Source: Actinomycetota bacterium
Lineage (GTDB): Bacteria; Actinomycetota; Acidimicrobiia; Acidimicrobiales; UBA10347
Reading direction: 5' to 3'
NCBI GenBank assembly: GCA_039028435.1
Contig: JBCCIC010000001.1
Span: 204,240 to 268,239 of the forward strand
Length of the DNA: 64,000 bases
Positions 19,701 through 26,999 of this stretch are shown piece after piece (within the stretch, counting starts at the first letter, position 1; each line of letters starts with the position of its first letter). The notes beneath the pieces were generated by a model that had not been told where the DNA came from, made no database searches, and saw only the letters and a list, made by a program, of their open reading frames with translations. The position numbers and the translations under genes were made by a program.

Positions 19701-21024
19701 TCGCCAGATTCAACTCGTCCTCGGTCGCCACCGTGAACGACAAGCGGTCGCAGTCGAAACCCTCGACTGCACCCGCGTCGCAACCGAGGGCGCCGGTCGG
19801 CGTGCGAGCAACACCGATCTGATCCAGCGTCAGGTCGCCGTTGCCGAACTGGTTCATGACCGGATCGAAGACCCGCACGCCCTCACAGTTGCCGCCGCCG
19901 AAGGCATCGCTCAGGCCGATCAGTTGATGCGTGTTGACACAGCCCCTGACGGGATTGCCATCGCCGTCGAGGCGAGCCTGATCGACGACACAGCCGTTGT
20001 CGGCCAGCGGGAGCAGCGGCACCGGTTCGCCGAAACAGCTTCCGACACTGGAGCCGATCTCGCTCTGGTCGAAGCTGCACGTGCCGTTCACCAGGGCCGA
20101 CTCGAGCTTGACGAAGCCGCTGGTTGCATCGACCGCTGCGGTGACATCCTCGACCGTCGAGTTGAACAGACTCACTTCCCCCGCCGACTGCAGTACGGCA
20201 GTCTCCGTGCCCGAGATCGTCGAATTCGACATGGTGACGGCACCCGGATCGAGACGGCTGTCGATGCCGACGGTGTTGTCGACAAAGGTCGACCCGACGA
20301 TGCGCACGCTCACGAGCGCCCCCGGCAGGTCATCGACCAGCACACCGGTCCCGTGGTCGGAGAGCGTGGTGTTGTCGACGACGGCGATCCCGTTGCGGAC
20401 GTCGATGCCGATCGAGGACCCGAGCCCGGCAACCGTCGAGCGAGCGATGTCGGTGGTGCCACTCGTCCGAATCCCGACCTCGGTGGCAACGATCGTCGAC
20501 AACGAGACGTCGAGCTCGGCGTCTTCGGACTCGGACTCGATCGCCGTTCCACCCGACACGATGTGGCTGTCGGTGATGAGCAGCTCACCGGTGTTCGAAA
20601 TGGCGACACTTCCCGCGGCACCTGCGCCGGTGATCTCGATCTCCTGCAGCACGACGATCGCATCAGCACCGACCGTGACGATCGGGACGACTTCGCTGCT
20701 CGTCATTGTGAACCCACCGGCACCTGAGATGGTCAGAGAGAAGCCGGACTCGGACTGGCTGATCGCCGGAAGACCCTCGGCCCCGAACGCAAGGTCTGCG
20801 GCGAGGTCGATGACGTAGTCGCCCGCATCGGCGGGGAGGGCCGCGTTGTAGCAGTCGACGGCTGCGTTGATCTCGGCGACGGTCGACACCGTCGTCCCCC
20901 CGTTCGCCACGAATGCCACACAACCCGCCTGCAACGCATCGGCGGGGCGAGCACCGCCGAGGAAGGCGAGGGAGAGGCCTGCCGCGACCAGCAGGACGAA
21001 CACGCAGGCGCGCCGATTGCTCAT
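16756..21024 (-). CDS. Giant secreted right-handed beta-helix repeat protein (three choice-of-anchor-Q-like modules) with a C-terminal dockerin-like domain
   Basis: 1422 aa with a signal peptide. There are three modules of roughly 380-390 aa. Each starts ...ATED(E/D)LNLAIFCYNAA...LTIDG.GHRLSG and ends LAPLADNGC...DQRG.PRTP.GA.GCDAG..E. The tail has two Ca-binding-loop-like segments, GDADCSGEVDIVDAMV and ADVNDDGRADIVDALI. Confidence 0.75.
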   Translation of the reverse strand: MSNRRACVFVLLVAAGLSLAFLGGARPADALQAGCVAFVANGGTTVSTVAEINAAVDCYNAALPADAGDYVIDLAADLAFGAEGLPAISQSESGFSLTISGAGGFTMTSSEVVPIVTVGADAIVVLQEIEITGAGAAGSVAISNTGELLITDSHIVSGGTAIESESEDAELDVSLSTIVATEVGIRTSGTTDIARSTVAGLGSSIGIDVRNGIAVVDNTTLSDHGTGVLVDDLPGALVSVRIVGSTFVDNTVGIDSRLDPGAVTMSNSTISGTETAVLQSAGEVSLFNSTVEDVTAAVDATSGFVKLESALVNGTCSFDQSEIGSSVGSCFGEPVPLLPLADNGCVVDQARLDGDGNPVRGCVNTHQLIGLSDAFGGGNCEGVRVFDPVMNQFGNGDLTLDQIGVARTPTGALGCDAGAVEGFDCDRLSFTVATEDELNLAIFCYNAATTEGDYTITLANDIALGQTPIAVTTNPARSELTIDGQGHRLSGGAGIDGLDIQSGVPVTVTDLVVSDVRRGIVIQDGDVIISPAVTISQVVVTGAEAAALDVENFDASARQVIIERSFVDGADVGIRALGAEVLVDASTIVNTTTGVDSSESEIEIRNSTVRDAASVGVAVGSPGASVVVASSTIDGAPVGVRGESALIVVTNSTLENDTDVSVDEPSSVAIANSSLAGGDVAIVSPAANVTVVSSVVNGTCAALGDDGTNVGSCFGGDDATLAPLADNGCVTEQVVGFVAGVAGEPSTITTGCVETRAIDAGSAALGVGTCSQVPVGLTEAGEQVLEDLATDQRGDPRTPVGAVGCDAGAYEFDCAQAPSTVATEDDLNLAIFCYNAAETAADVTITIAGDIALVATPTTVTQAAADFALTIDGDGHRLSGDAGIDGLVVESRRPVTITDLVIVDVNEGIVVDEGDVVISEVVIVGAATTAVRAEDFGSGTTVLIERSFFDDVNFGVRVFPQAQVTVDSSTISNVHTGVSSALSRVVIRNTTIRDASVAGATLGSPGASLLLRGSTIEGAPVGVSVGTNAARSVITNSTLSNDTNVVVADLVSLSIANSTLDGGQTAIDSVAANVDVVSSVVNGACGAIDDEGANVGSCFGGGDATLAPLADNGCGAEQAVGFVAGAAGQPSTIDFGCVETRAITVDSPAFGAGTCTDVPIALSNDGALTSDQRGEPRTPAGAIGCDAGSFEVSERTVTISVDVADGTPNADWSVRASAARPCFIANPGIVEIAGLVAAGGGSFSFELYEGCSVTAMVDPQPGFEVAPTDVVQDVAGDVTIGFVASPVVPPNVVDATIVGDADCSGEVDIVDAMVTAQFEVAVRPGELLCGVGAQQGSDAISTLGADVNDDGRADIVDALIIARCVAGFVEADWCVGPGVVAADFGDGPECDPWEILLEDNRCWPGPDATDEQIEAGRVEDPG

Positions 21025-21182
21025 GACGTCCCCGATCCCGCTACGACCCCCACCGAACGCTCTCCCGTCGTCGTGTTCCGCGGACGGACTCTAGATCACG
21101 TATGCGGGCCGGGTGACATGGCGCCGCGGGGCGCGAAACGACCCAGCTGGCGTCGAGGCTCAGCGCGCTGGACCCGACAGTT

Positions 21183-21221
21183 CGATGCGCAGGCCGGAGA
21201 TCGCCCGGCTGATCACGAGCC
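21183..21221 (-). pseudogene. Relic of an acyl-CoA dehydrogenase 3' end (13 codons, LVISRAISGLRIE)
   Basis: 21182-21220 matches 23651-23689, the true ACAD 3' end, at 34 of 39 nt. All 5 differences are synonymous in the ACAD frame. Confidence 0.6.
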
Positions 21222-21296
21222 GCGGCCCAAGCGACCACCAAATTGCGACTGTCCGGTTCGATATGCGATAGTCACTGAGGCGACAAAAGAGGCGAA

Positions 21297-23354
21297 ATGG
21301 TGGAAATCGACAAGCTTCGGGAATCCCTTACTCATCAGCTTGACCAAGCCATCGGCTGGTTCGAGGGATCTGACCGCAATCGCGAAACGACCGATGGTGA
21401 CGCAGCGGAGCAGCTGGCGCTCCTCAAGGCACGCGCAACATCGGTACTCCTGCGAATCGCTCTGCTAGGCGCATTCTCCTCGGGGAAGAGCTTCCTCGCC
21501 AACGGACTTCAGGGCTTCCTGCAGTACAAGGAGATTGAGGATGACGGGGAGATTCAGCCCAAGTTCATCGGGATTCTCCCGTCGCTTCCAGTCAGTACAA
21601 CGGCCGTCCCCACCACGCTTCAACCGGTCCACGAAGGCGCCGCGAAGAAGGACGACGACCTCGACTCCCCTCTCAGAGTGCGACTAATGGGCAACGAACG
21701 CTGGACCGAGGTTGGCGTCTCTTCGCCGGGCCGGATTCGCGCTTACACCACCTCGCACCCGAACTACATCGGTGAGCGAAAGTCGAAGCACGTCGAGCGT
21801 GAGGTTGCCGAGGCCGAGATTGACCTCCACGAGCCTGCGCTTCGCGCGCTCATCTACGACCTCCCGGGAACGAACTCCCCGAATCCCACCCACGACGCGA
21901 TCGTTCGACGGCGAGTGCAAGATGCTGACTGTTTCGTGTATGTCACCATGGCGACGTCAAGTCTTTCCGAATCGGACCTCGAGCTGATCCGATTCATGTT
22001 TGAGCATCACCGCGAGACCTCAAAGCCGGTGATCTGGGTAGTGACCGGAATCGACCTTGCCAACCAGCTCGGCCCCGATGATGAACCCGCGTGGAAGACC
22101 ACACTTGCCGAGAACAACCACTACCTGCGGGAGAACTTTGAGCAGGCTGTGAGCGACGCAAGTGGTACGACGTTCGTTGGTAGTGGCTTTGCAGGAGTCT
22201 CGCCGGCACTGGAGGCGCGAGCGCAGGCTGCGGAGGATCCAGCCCGCTCGGAACGGCTGCTTGCGCGCAGCGGAATGCGCGAACTCCGCTCGCGTATCGA
22301 GGAACTGATTGAAGGCGAGAGTGGGAGAGGGCACCTTCACCGAATCGCTCTGGAGGCGCTCGCCGTAGTCCACGGCCATCATGGTCGCCTGGAAGCCGAG
22401 CTGAACTCCCAGCGCATTCCGCACGAGCAGCTGGAGTCGGAGATCGCTCAGACGAAGTCTGAGATCTCAGCAACCAGGAAGCAAGGAGCGGACCTCCGGG
22501 CGATCCTGGAAGACCATCTGGGAGATGCCATCCGGCGGACCGCAGCACCGTTCGACAAAGGCACCGGGCTCAAAGGTCACCTCAAGACCGAACTCGCCTC
22601 AGTCATCGACACCACGAACTTCCTCAAGGAAGACGAGATCAACCGGTACGAACTCAAGCTGCAAGAGGCGACGAGCGCTTGGCTCAAGCGGAAGGGGAAT
22701 CCCGGCCAGCTGTGGGAGCGGGAGGTTCGCGACTTCCGACGAACCGCGAATCGCGAGCTCAGCGCGCGGGTCGGCGACGCGACGGTCGGCCGCAAGTCGG
22801 CGCGAATCAACCTCAATGACCTGGATCAGCTACTGCAGATTGCCGAGGCCGCTCCCCCCGACCCGCAAACGGCCGAGCGCCTCCTGAAGTTCGCCAAGGA
22901 CGTTTCACCCTATGCCTCGGCAGGGCTAGCGGCAGCTGGGGTAACCACGGCTGTGGCTGCGCCCGTTGCAGCAATGGCTCTGTTGCCAGCAGCGGCGGCG
23001 GTCGGCATCGCAAGCATCTTCACGTTCCGGCGGAATCGCACCGACAAGATCACAGCGCAGGAAGCTCTGCGCCGGGTCGAGCGAGAACGGCTCTCAGATA
23101 TTGCTGAGCATGTCGCCCAATGGTTCATGGCTCAAGCGAGTGCAAACGGATTTGCGATCGTCGATGCGGCAGACGACAGGATGCAGGCACGGATCGCAGA
23201 TCTAGACAGTCATCGCAGGAAGCTCGTTTCGCGCTCGAAGCGCCCTGAACAACGCGAATCCAAAGCACATGTGGACTACCTCGAGGACCGCCACAGCGCC
23301 GGTCAGGACATCATCGATGCCCTTGCCGATATTGCACACGTGACCGAGAGCTAG
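21297..23354 (+). CDS. Dynamin-like GTPase (bacterial DLP), solitary copy
   Basis: 685 aa with G1 GAFSSGKS, G3 DLPG and a G4-like TGID. It has a long helical stalk and a hydrophobic paddle, AGLAAAGVTTAVAAPVAAMALLPAAAAVGIASIF. Eight of the first 20 codons end in A/T, against 0 of 20 for the DLP at 30203. Confidence 0.75.
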   Translation: MVEIDKLRESLTHQLDQAIGWFEGSDRNRETTDGDAAEQLALLKARATSVLLRIALLGAFSSGKSFLANGLQGFLQYKEIEDDGEIQPKFIGILPSLPVSTTAVPTTLQPVHEGAAKKDDDLDSPLRVRLMGNERWTEVGVSSPGRIRAYTTSHPNYIGERKSKHVEREVAEAEIDLHEPALRALIYDLPGTNSPNPTHDAIVRRRVQDADCFVYVTMATSSLSESDLELIRFMFEHHRETSKPVIWVVTGIDLANQLGPDDEPAWKTTLAENNHYLRENFEQAVSDASGTTFVGSGFAGVSPALEARAQAAEDPARSERLLARSGMRELRSRIEELIEGESGRGHLHRIALEALAVVHGHHGRLEAELNSQRIPHEQLESEIAQTKSEISATRKQGADLRAILEDHLGDAIRRTAAPFDKGTGLKGHLKTELASVIDTTNFLKEDEINRYELKLQEATSAWLKRKGNPGQLWEREVRDFRRTANRELSARVGDATVGRKSARINLNDLDQLLQIAEAAPPDPQTAERLLKFAKDVSPYASAGLAAAGVTTAVAAPVAAMALLPAAAAVGIASIFTFRRNRTDKITAQEALRRVERERLSDIAEHVAQWFMAQASANGFAIVDAADDRMQARIADLDSHRRKLVSRSKRPEQRESKAHVDYLEDRHSAGQDIIDALADIAHVTES

Positions 23355-23646
23355 CGCCTCGACCGTTCGTCCGCCGCAGCTCGCGAGAGAGGAACCACAC
23401 GCGTTCAACTTTCTGCGAGCAAGGCTCGATCGAGGCCATGGAAGATCGGGCAAGGCGCGTGCCGATCCCGGGGCCGACCGGATCGTCTCGCCGAGCGGGA
23501 TCCGCTGATCCTTGGTGGCGGCCAGCGGCCCTTTGACCCCGAACCGGTCGGTGCACCAGCGTCCGGCGGTCTCAGGATGATCGGTCGCGAATCCGGTAGG
23601 ACAGAACGCCACCAGACGCGGGGCACGTCGGTCTTCGTGCGGCGAG

Positions 23647-24861
23647 CTACTCGATCCTGAGCCCGGAGATGGCCCGGCTGATCACGAGCTGCTGGATCTG
23701 CTCGGTGCCTTCGAAGATGTCGTGGATCTTGGCGTCGCGGTGCCAGCGCTCGACCGGGTACTCGCGGGTGTAGCCGTATCCGCCGAGGATCTGGATCGCC
23801 CGCTCGGTGACCCAGGTCGCCACACGGCCGGCCTTCATCTTGGCCATCGAGCCTTCGGCGTTCTTGAACTGACGCTGCTTGCCGAGCCACGCGGCCCGCC
23901 AGATCATGCCGCGGGTCGCCTCGATCTCGGTCGCCATGTCGGCGAGCATGAAGGCGATCCCCTGGTTCATGATGATCGGCTTGCCGAACGCCTCGCGCTC
24001 CTTGGCGTAGTCGAGCGAGTACTCGAACGCCGCCCGAGCGATACCGAGCGCCTGTGCGCCGACGGCCGGACGAGTCGCCTCGAACGTCTGCATCGCCGCC
24101 TGGGCGTTGCCCTTCTCGCCTCGGCGCACGCGGGCCAGGCGCTCGTCGAGCTTCTCCTTGCCGCCGAGCAGGCAGCGGCCCGGAACACGTACGTCGTCGA
24201 GCACGACCTCGGCGGTGTGCGACGCACGGATGCCGTGCTTCTTGTACTTCTGCCCCTGGCTCAGACCCTTCGTCCCCGGCGGCACGACAAAGCTGGCGTG
24301 CCCCTTCGACCCCAGCTCGGGATCGACGACGGCGACGACCACGTGGATGTTGGCGATGCCGCCGTTGGTGATCCACGCCTTGGTGCCGTTGAGCACCCAC
24401 TCGTCGTTGGCCTCGTCGTAGACGGCGGAGGTGCGGTAGCCGCCGACGTCAGAACCGGCGTCGGGCTCCGACGCACAGAACGCACCGATCTGGATGTCCG
24501 ACGCATCGCCGTAGCACTGCGGCACCCACTCCATCACTTGCTCGCCGGTGCCGGACGATGCGATGCCGGCGGCGGCCAGACCCGAACCCATGAGCGCCAT
24601 GCCAATACCGGCGTCGCCCCAGAACATCTCCTCGAGCGCCACGACCATCGACAGTCCGGTCGGGTCGTTCATCATGAGCTCGGCCATGATCTCCCAGCCG
24701 TACAGGCCGATCTGTGCGGCCTCCTCGACGACCGGCCACGGGAACTCCTCGCGCTCGTCCCACTCCTCGGCGTTGGGTCGCATGACGTCTTCGGCGAAGC
24801 CGTGCACCCACTTCTGGAGCGTGAGCTGGTCCTCGTTGAGGGCGAGATTGAAGTCCGACAT
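23647..24861 (-). CDS. Acyl-CoA dehydrogenase
   Basis: 404 aa with typical ACAD blocks (GAFCASEPDAGSD, WITNGG, ...IFEGTEQIQQLVISRAISG). Confidence 0.9.
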   Translation of the reverse strand: MSDFNLALNEDQLTLQKWVHGFAEDVMRPNAEEWDEREEFPWPVVEEAAQIGLYGWEIMAELMMNDPTGLSMVVALEEMFWGDAGIGMALMGSGLAAAGIASSGTGEQVMEWVPQCYGDASDIQIGAFCASEPDAGSDVGGYRTSAVYDEANDEWVLNGTKAWITNGGIANIHVVVAVVDPELGSKGHASFVVPPGTKGLSQGQKYKKHGIRASHTAEVVLDDVRVPGRCLLGGKEKLDERLARVRRGEKGNAQAAMQTFEATRPAVGAQALGIARAAFEYSLDYAKEREAFGKPIIMNQGIAFMLADMATEIEATRGMIWRAAWLGKQRQFKNAEGSMAKMKAGRVATWVTERAIQILGGYGYTREYPVERWHRDAKIHDIFEGTEQIQQLVISRAISGLRIE

Positions 24862-24918
24862 CGTTGTCCTCGTTCCGTTCTACGGGGGACGTCGCTGCAG
24901 CTGAGATCACCATCGGCC

Positions 24919-24958
24919 AATAACGACGATTATTCAACCGACGATAACGGAAATTATC
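24919..24958. promoter_or_regulatory. Two 16-bp palindromes (AATAACGACGATTATT, GATAACGGAAATTATC) upstream of the ACAD gene
   Basis: An A/T-rich patch 58-97 nt upstream of the ACAD start. Both sites fit rATAACG-N3/4-ATTATy, with centres 24 bp apart. They look like TetR/FadR-type operators. Confidence 0.35.
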
Positions 24959-25020
24959 CGCAGTCGGAAGATCGAGAAAGATGAAACTTTTCGACGACTT
25001 CGCGAGTCTCCGGCGCCCGC

Positions 25021-25479
25021 TCAGGCCATCCAGCGGTCCATGGCGGGGAAGCGGCCGGGCGCCGTGAGCTGCTTCCACTCCAGCATCGGCACCCCCAGAT
25101 TGCCGCCTTCGGTGAAATGGTCCCGCAGCCATTCGGCGTCGCCGAGGTAGCCGTCGGAGTGGAACACGACGGCGGGGTCGAGCTCGAGTTCGACGGAAGC
25201 CGCGTAGGACCAGGCAATCGCGCCCATCTCGAAGCCGCCATCGGGACCGAAGTTGTCGTCGAGGTCGGCCCGCTCCAAGTCTGACAAGAGCGCGAGATGC
25301 CCGGCCTCGTGCAGCAGGTCACCCGGATACCGAAGACGTGCCGGGTCGTATGCGAGCACGCCTCCCCCGCCGGTCACCCCGGGCAGCACGGTGTCGTCGA
25401 CGAGTTCCCGCTCGACGACCTCGAAGCCGACATCTCGGAGGAAGCCGACGATCTGCGCGACCAGCGAGTCGTGGTCCAC
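25021..25479 (-). CDS. Hypothetical 152-aa protein with an HExxH motif
   Basis: YPGDLLHEAGHLALL. The GTG start directly abuts the stop of the upstream SDR gene (25479/25480). No family recognised. Confidence 0.5.
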   Translation of the reverse strand: MDHDSLVAQIVGFLRDVGFEVVERELVDDTVLPGVTGGGGVLAYDPARLRYPGDLLHEAGHLALLSDLERADLDDNFGPDGGFEMGAIAWSYAASVELELDPAVVFHSDGYLGDAEWLRDHFTEGGNLGVPMLEWKQLTAPGRFPAMDRWMA

Positions 25480-26382
25480 TCAGACCCCGGGATCGACGCC
25501 GGCCAGCTCGACGGAGATGTCCCAGAGCCGCTCGGCGATCTCCGGGTCACGGGCTTGGCCTCGGATCCGTGCGCGACCCGAAGGCCCGGCGGTCTCTCCT
25601 CGCCTGGTCGGGCCGAAGTATTCGCCGCCCTTTGCGCCCGGGTCGGTGGCCGCCTGCAAGGTCGTCCACGCACCCTCGGCCGCCGAGTTGAACAGCGGCC
25701 GGATGACCGGCAACAGGAGCCGGCCGATCTGCATGTCCCGGGCGATGTCGGTCGCCGCGAGGCCCGGATGACAGGCAACAGCGATCGCCTCGGCATCGGC
25801 CGCCCGCAACCGTCGATCCAGCTCGAGCATGTGCAACAGGTTGGCCAGCTTCGACTGCGAGTATCGAGCCTGGCTGCGGAACTTGTCCTCGGCCTGCAGG
25901 TCCTCGAAAAAGATCTGTCCCTGCGTGTGCGCCAGGCTCGCCGTGATCACGATCCGGGCATCTTTCCGGTCGCGCAACGCCGGCAGAAGCAGTCCGGTGA
26001 GGGCGAACGTGCCCAGATGGTTGATGGCGAACTGCGACTCGAAGCCGTCGACCGTGACCACCCGCTCGCGAGCGACGAGGCCGGCGTTGTTGACCAGCAC
26101 GTCGAGCGACTCGTCGGCCAACACCTGATCGGCGCAGCGCCGCACCGACGACAGGTCGGCCTGATCGAGCTCGACGAACGCGATGTCGACGCCGGGATGC
26201 GCGTCCTCGACCTGCCGCATCGCGGCCAGCGCCCGCTCCTCGGAGCGGCAGCCGAACAACACCCGGCCGCCACGTGCGGCCAGCACCTTGGCCGCCTCGT
26301 AGCCCAGCCCGGTGTTCGCCCCGGTCACGAGAAAGCAACGCCCCTCCTGCGAACCGACATCCTCAGCCCTGAATCCACCCAT
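25480..26382 (-). CDS. Short-chain dehydrogenase/reductase (classical SDR, retinol-dehydrogenase-like)
   Basis: TGANTGLGYEAA (TGxxxGxG), NNAG and YSQSK (YxxxK). I chose the internal ATG (MGGFRAEDV...) because the 5' 123 codons of ORF 25480..26751 run through a non-triplet tandem repeat. Confidence 0.85.
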   Translation of the reverse strand: MGGFRAEDVGSQEGRCFLVTGANTGLGYEAAKVLAARGGRVLFGCRSEERALAAMRQVEDAHPGVDIAFVELDQADLSSVRRCADQVLADESLDVLVNNAGLVARERVVTVDGFESQFAINHLGTFALTGLLLPALRDRKDARIVITASLAHTQGQIFFEDLQAEDKFRSQARYSQSKLANLLHMLELDRRLRAADAEAIAVACHPGLAATDIARDMQIGRLLLPVIRPLFNSAAEGAWTTLQAATDPGAKGGEYFGPTRRGETAGPSGRARIRGQARDPEIAERLWDISVELAGVDPGV

Positions 26383-26412
26383 GGCCAGAGTCTCGCAGAA
26401 GGTCGGCCTGAC

Positions 26413-26723
26413 CAGGCGCCCGGGAGGACCGCCGAGCCGCTCACTTGAACCCAGCGTTTCCGAGGAACGAGGAAAGGCAGACTCATGGAAGGTGCCCGCC
26501 GGGGAGGACCGCCAGGTCCGAGGGTTGAACCCAGCGTTTCCGAGGAACGAGGCAGGCGGACTCATGGAAGGTGCCCGCCTGGGAGGACCGCCGAGCCGCT
26601 CACTTGGAACCAGCGTTTCCGAGGAACGAGGAAAGGCGGACTCGTGGAAGGTGCCCGCCGGGGCGGACCGCCAGGTCCGAGGGTTGGAACCAGCGTTTCC
26701 GAGGAACGAGGAAAGGCGGACTT
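26413..26723. repeat. Tandem repeat, about 3.9 copies of a 79-80 bp unit (alternating A/B variants)
   Basis: GGG(A/C)GGACCGCC starts at 26422, 26502, 26581 and 26661. Units 1 and 3 carry GAGCCGCTCACTT; units 2 and 4 carry AGGTCCGAGGGTT. Unit 1 matches unit 3 at 76 of 80 nt. The array is intergenic, between the divergent SDR gene and the acidic-protein operon. Confidence 0.9.
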
Positions 26724-26727
26724 CGCC

Positions 26728-26760
26728 GGGTGCGGGACGAAGGGGAACCATCCCGCACCC
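26728..26760. other. Perfect 10-bp-stem hairpin directly after the tandem repeat
   Basis: GGGTGCGGGA (26728-26737), a 13-nt loop, then TCCCGCACCC (26751-26760). No U-tract follows on either strand. Confidence 0.6.
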
Positions 26761-26999
26761 AGATCTGGAAGTCGTGGCGCCCCCGAGACGCCACGTGCTT
26801 TGCCTTTGCGATCACCATCATGGCGGCGCCATGTTTCGGGCATGTGAGCGGCGGGTTGCCATCGTGTTCGAGTGTTCCGACACCCGCCGCTCGCCCAGCA
26901 CCACTGCGACCGACGGCACATCCGCTGTGTGAGCTACCCCACACAAGCAGCCGAGCACGGGTGGTAGCTTCGCCTCGCCATGGGTATGGGAGGCAAGAC

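Noticed and set aside
15916-20818. Several long plus-strand ORFs (15916..17388, 16673..18526, 17638..18354, 18719..19459, 19456..20727, 19997..20818)
   Set aside because: All lie antisense to or out of frame with the LAFTG protein and the 1422-aa beta-helix gene, whose repeated motif structure identifies the true frame.
23202-23612. 136-aa minus-strand ORF between the solitary DLP and the ACAD gene
   Set aside because: Only the first ~50 codons have coding-like bias, and the rest overlaps the DLP 3' end. No motif was recognised. I treat it as a possible gene relic inside the islet rather than a feature.
23405-24984. ORFs 23405..24400 (minus) and 23722..24984 (plus)
   Set aside because: They overlap the well-supported acyl-CoA dehydrogenase frame, out of frame or antisense, and are Arg/Pro/Gly-rich.
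26413-26723. Possible CRISPR array
   Set aside because: The units are contiguous tandem copies without unique spacers. The unit length (~80 bp) and the absence of cas genes do not fit a CRISPR array.
25480-26751. Long version (423 aa) of the SDR ORF, plus ORFs 26312..26932, 26485..26847, and the 26571 start of the acidic protein
   Set aside because: They read through the 79-80 bp tandem repeat, whose period is not a multiple of 3, so the 'protein' changes frame with each unit. The composition is typical of non-coding GC-rich DNA. Good starts with Shine-Dalgarno sequences exist at 26382 (minus strand) and 27000 (plus strand).
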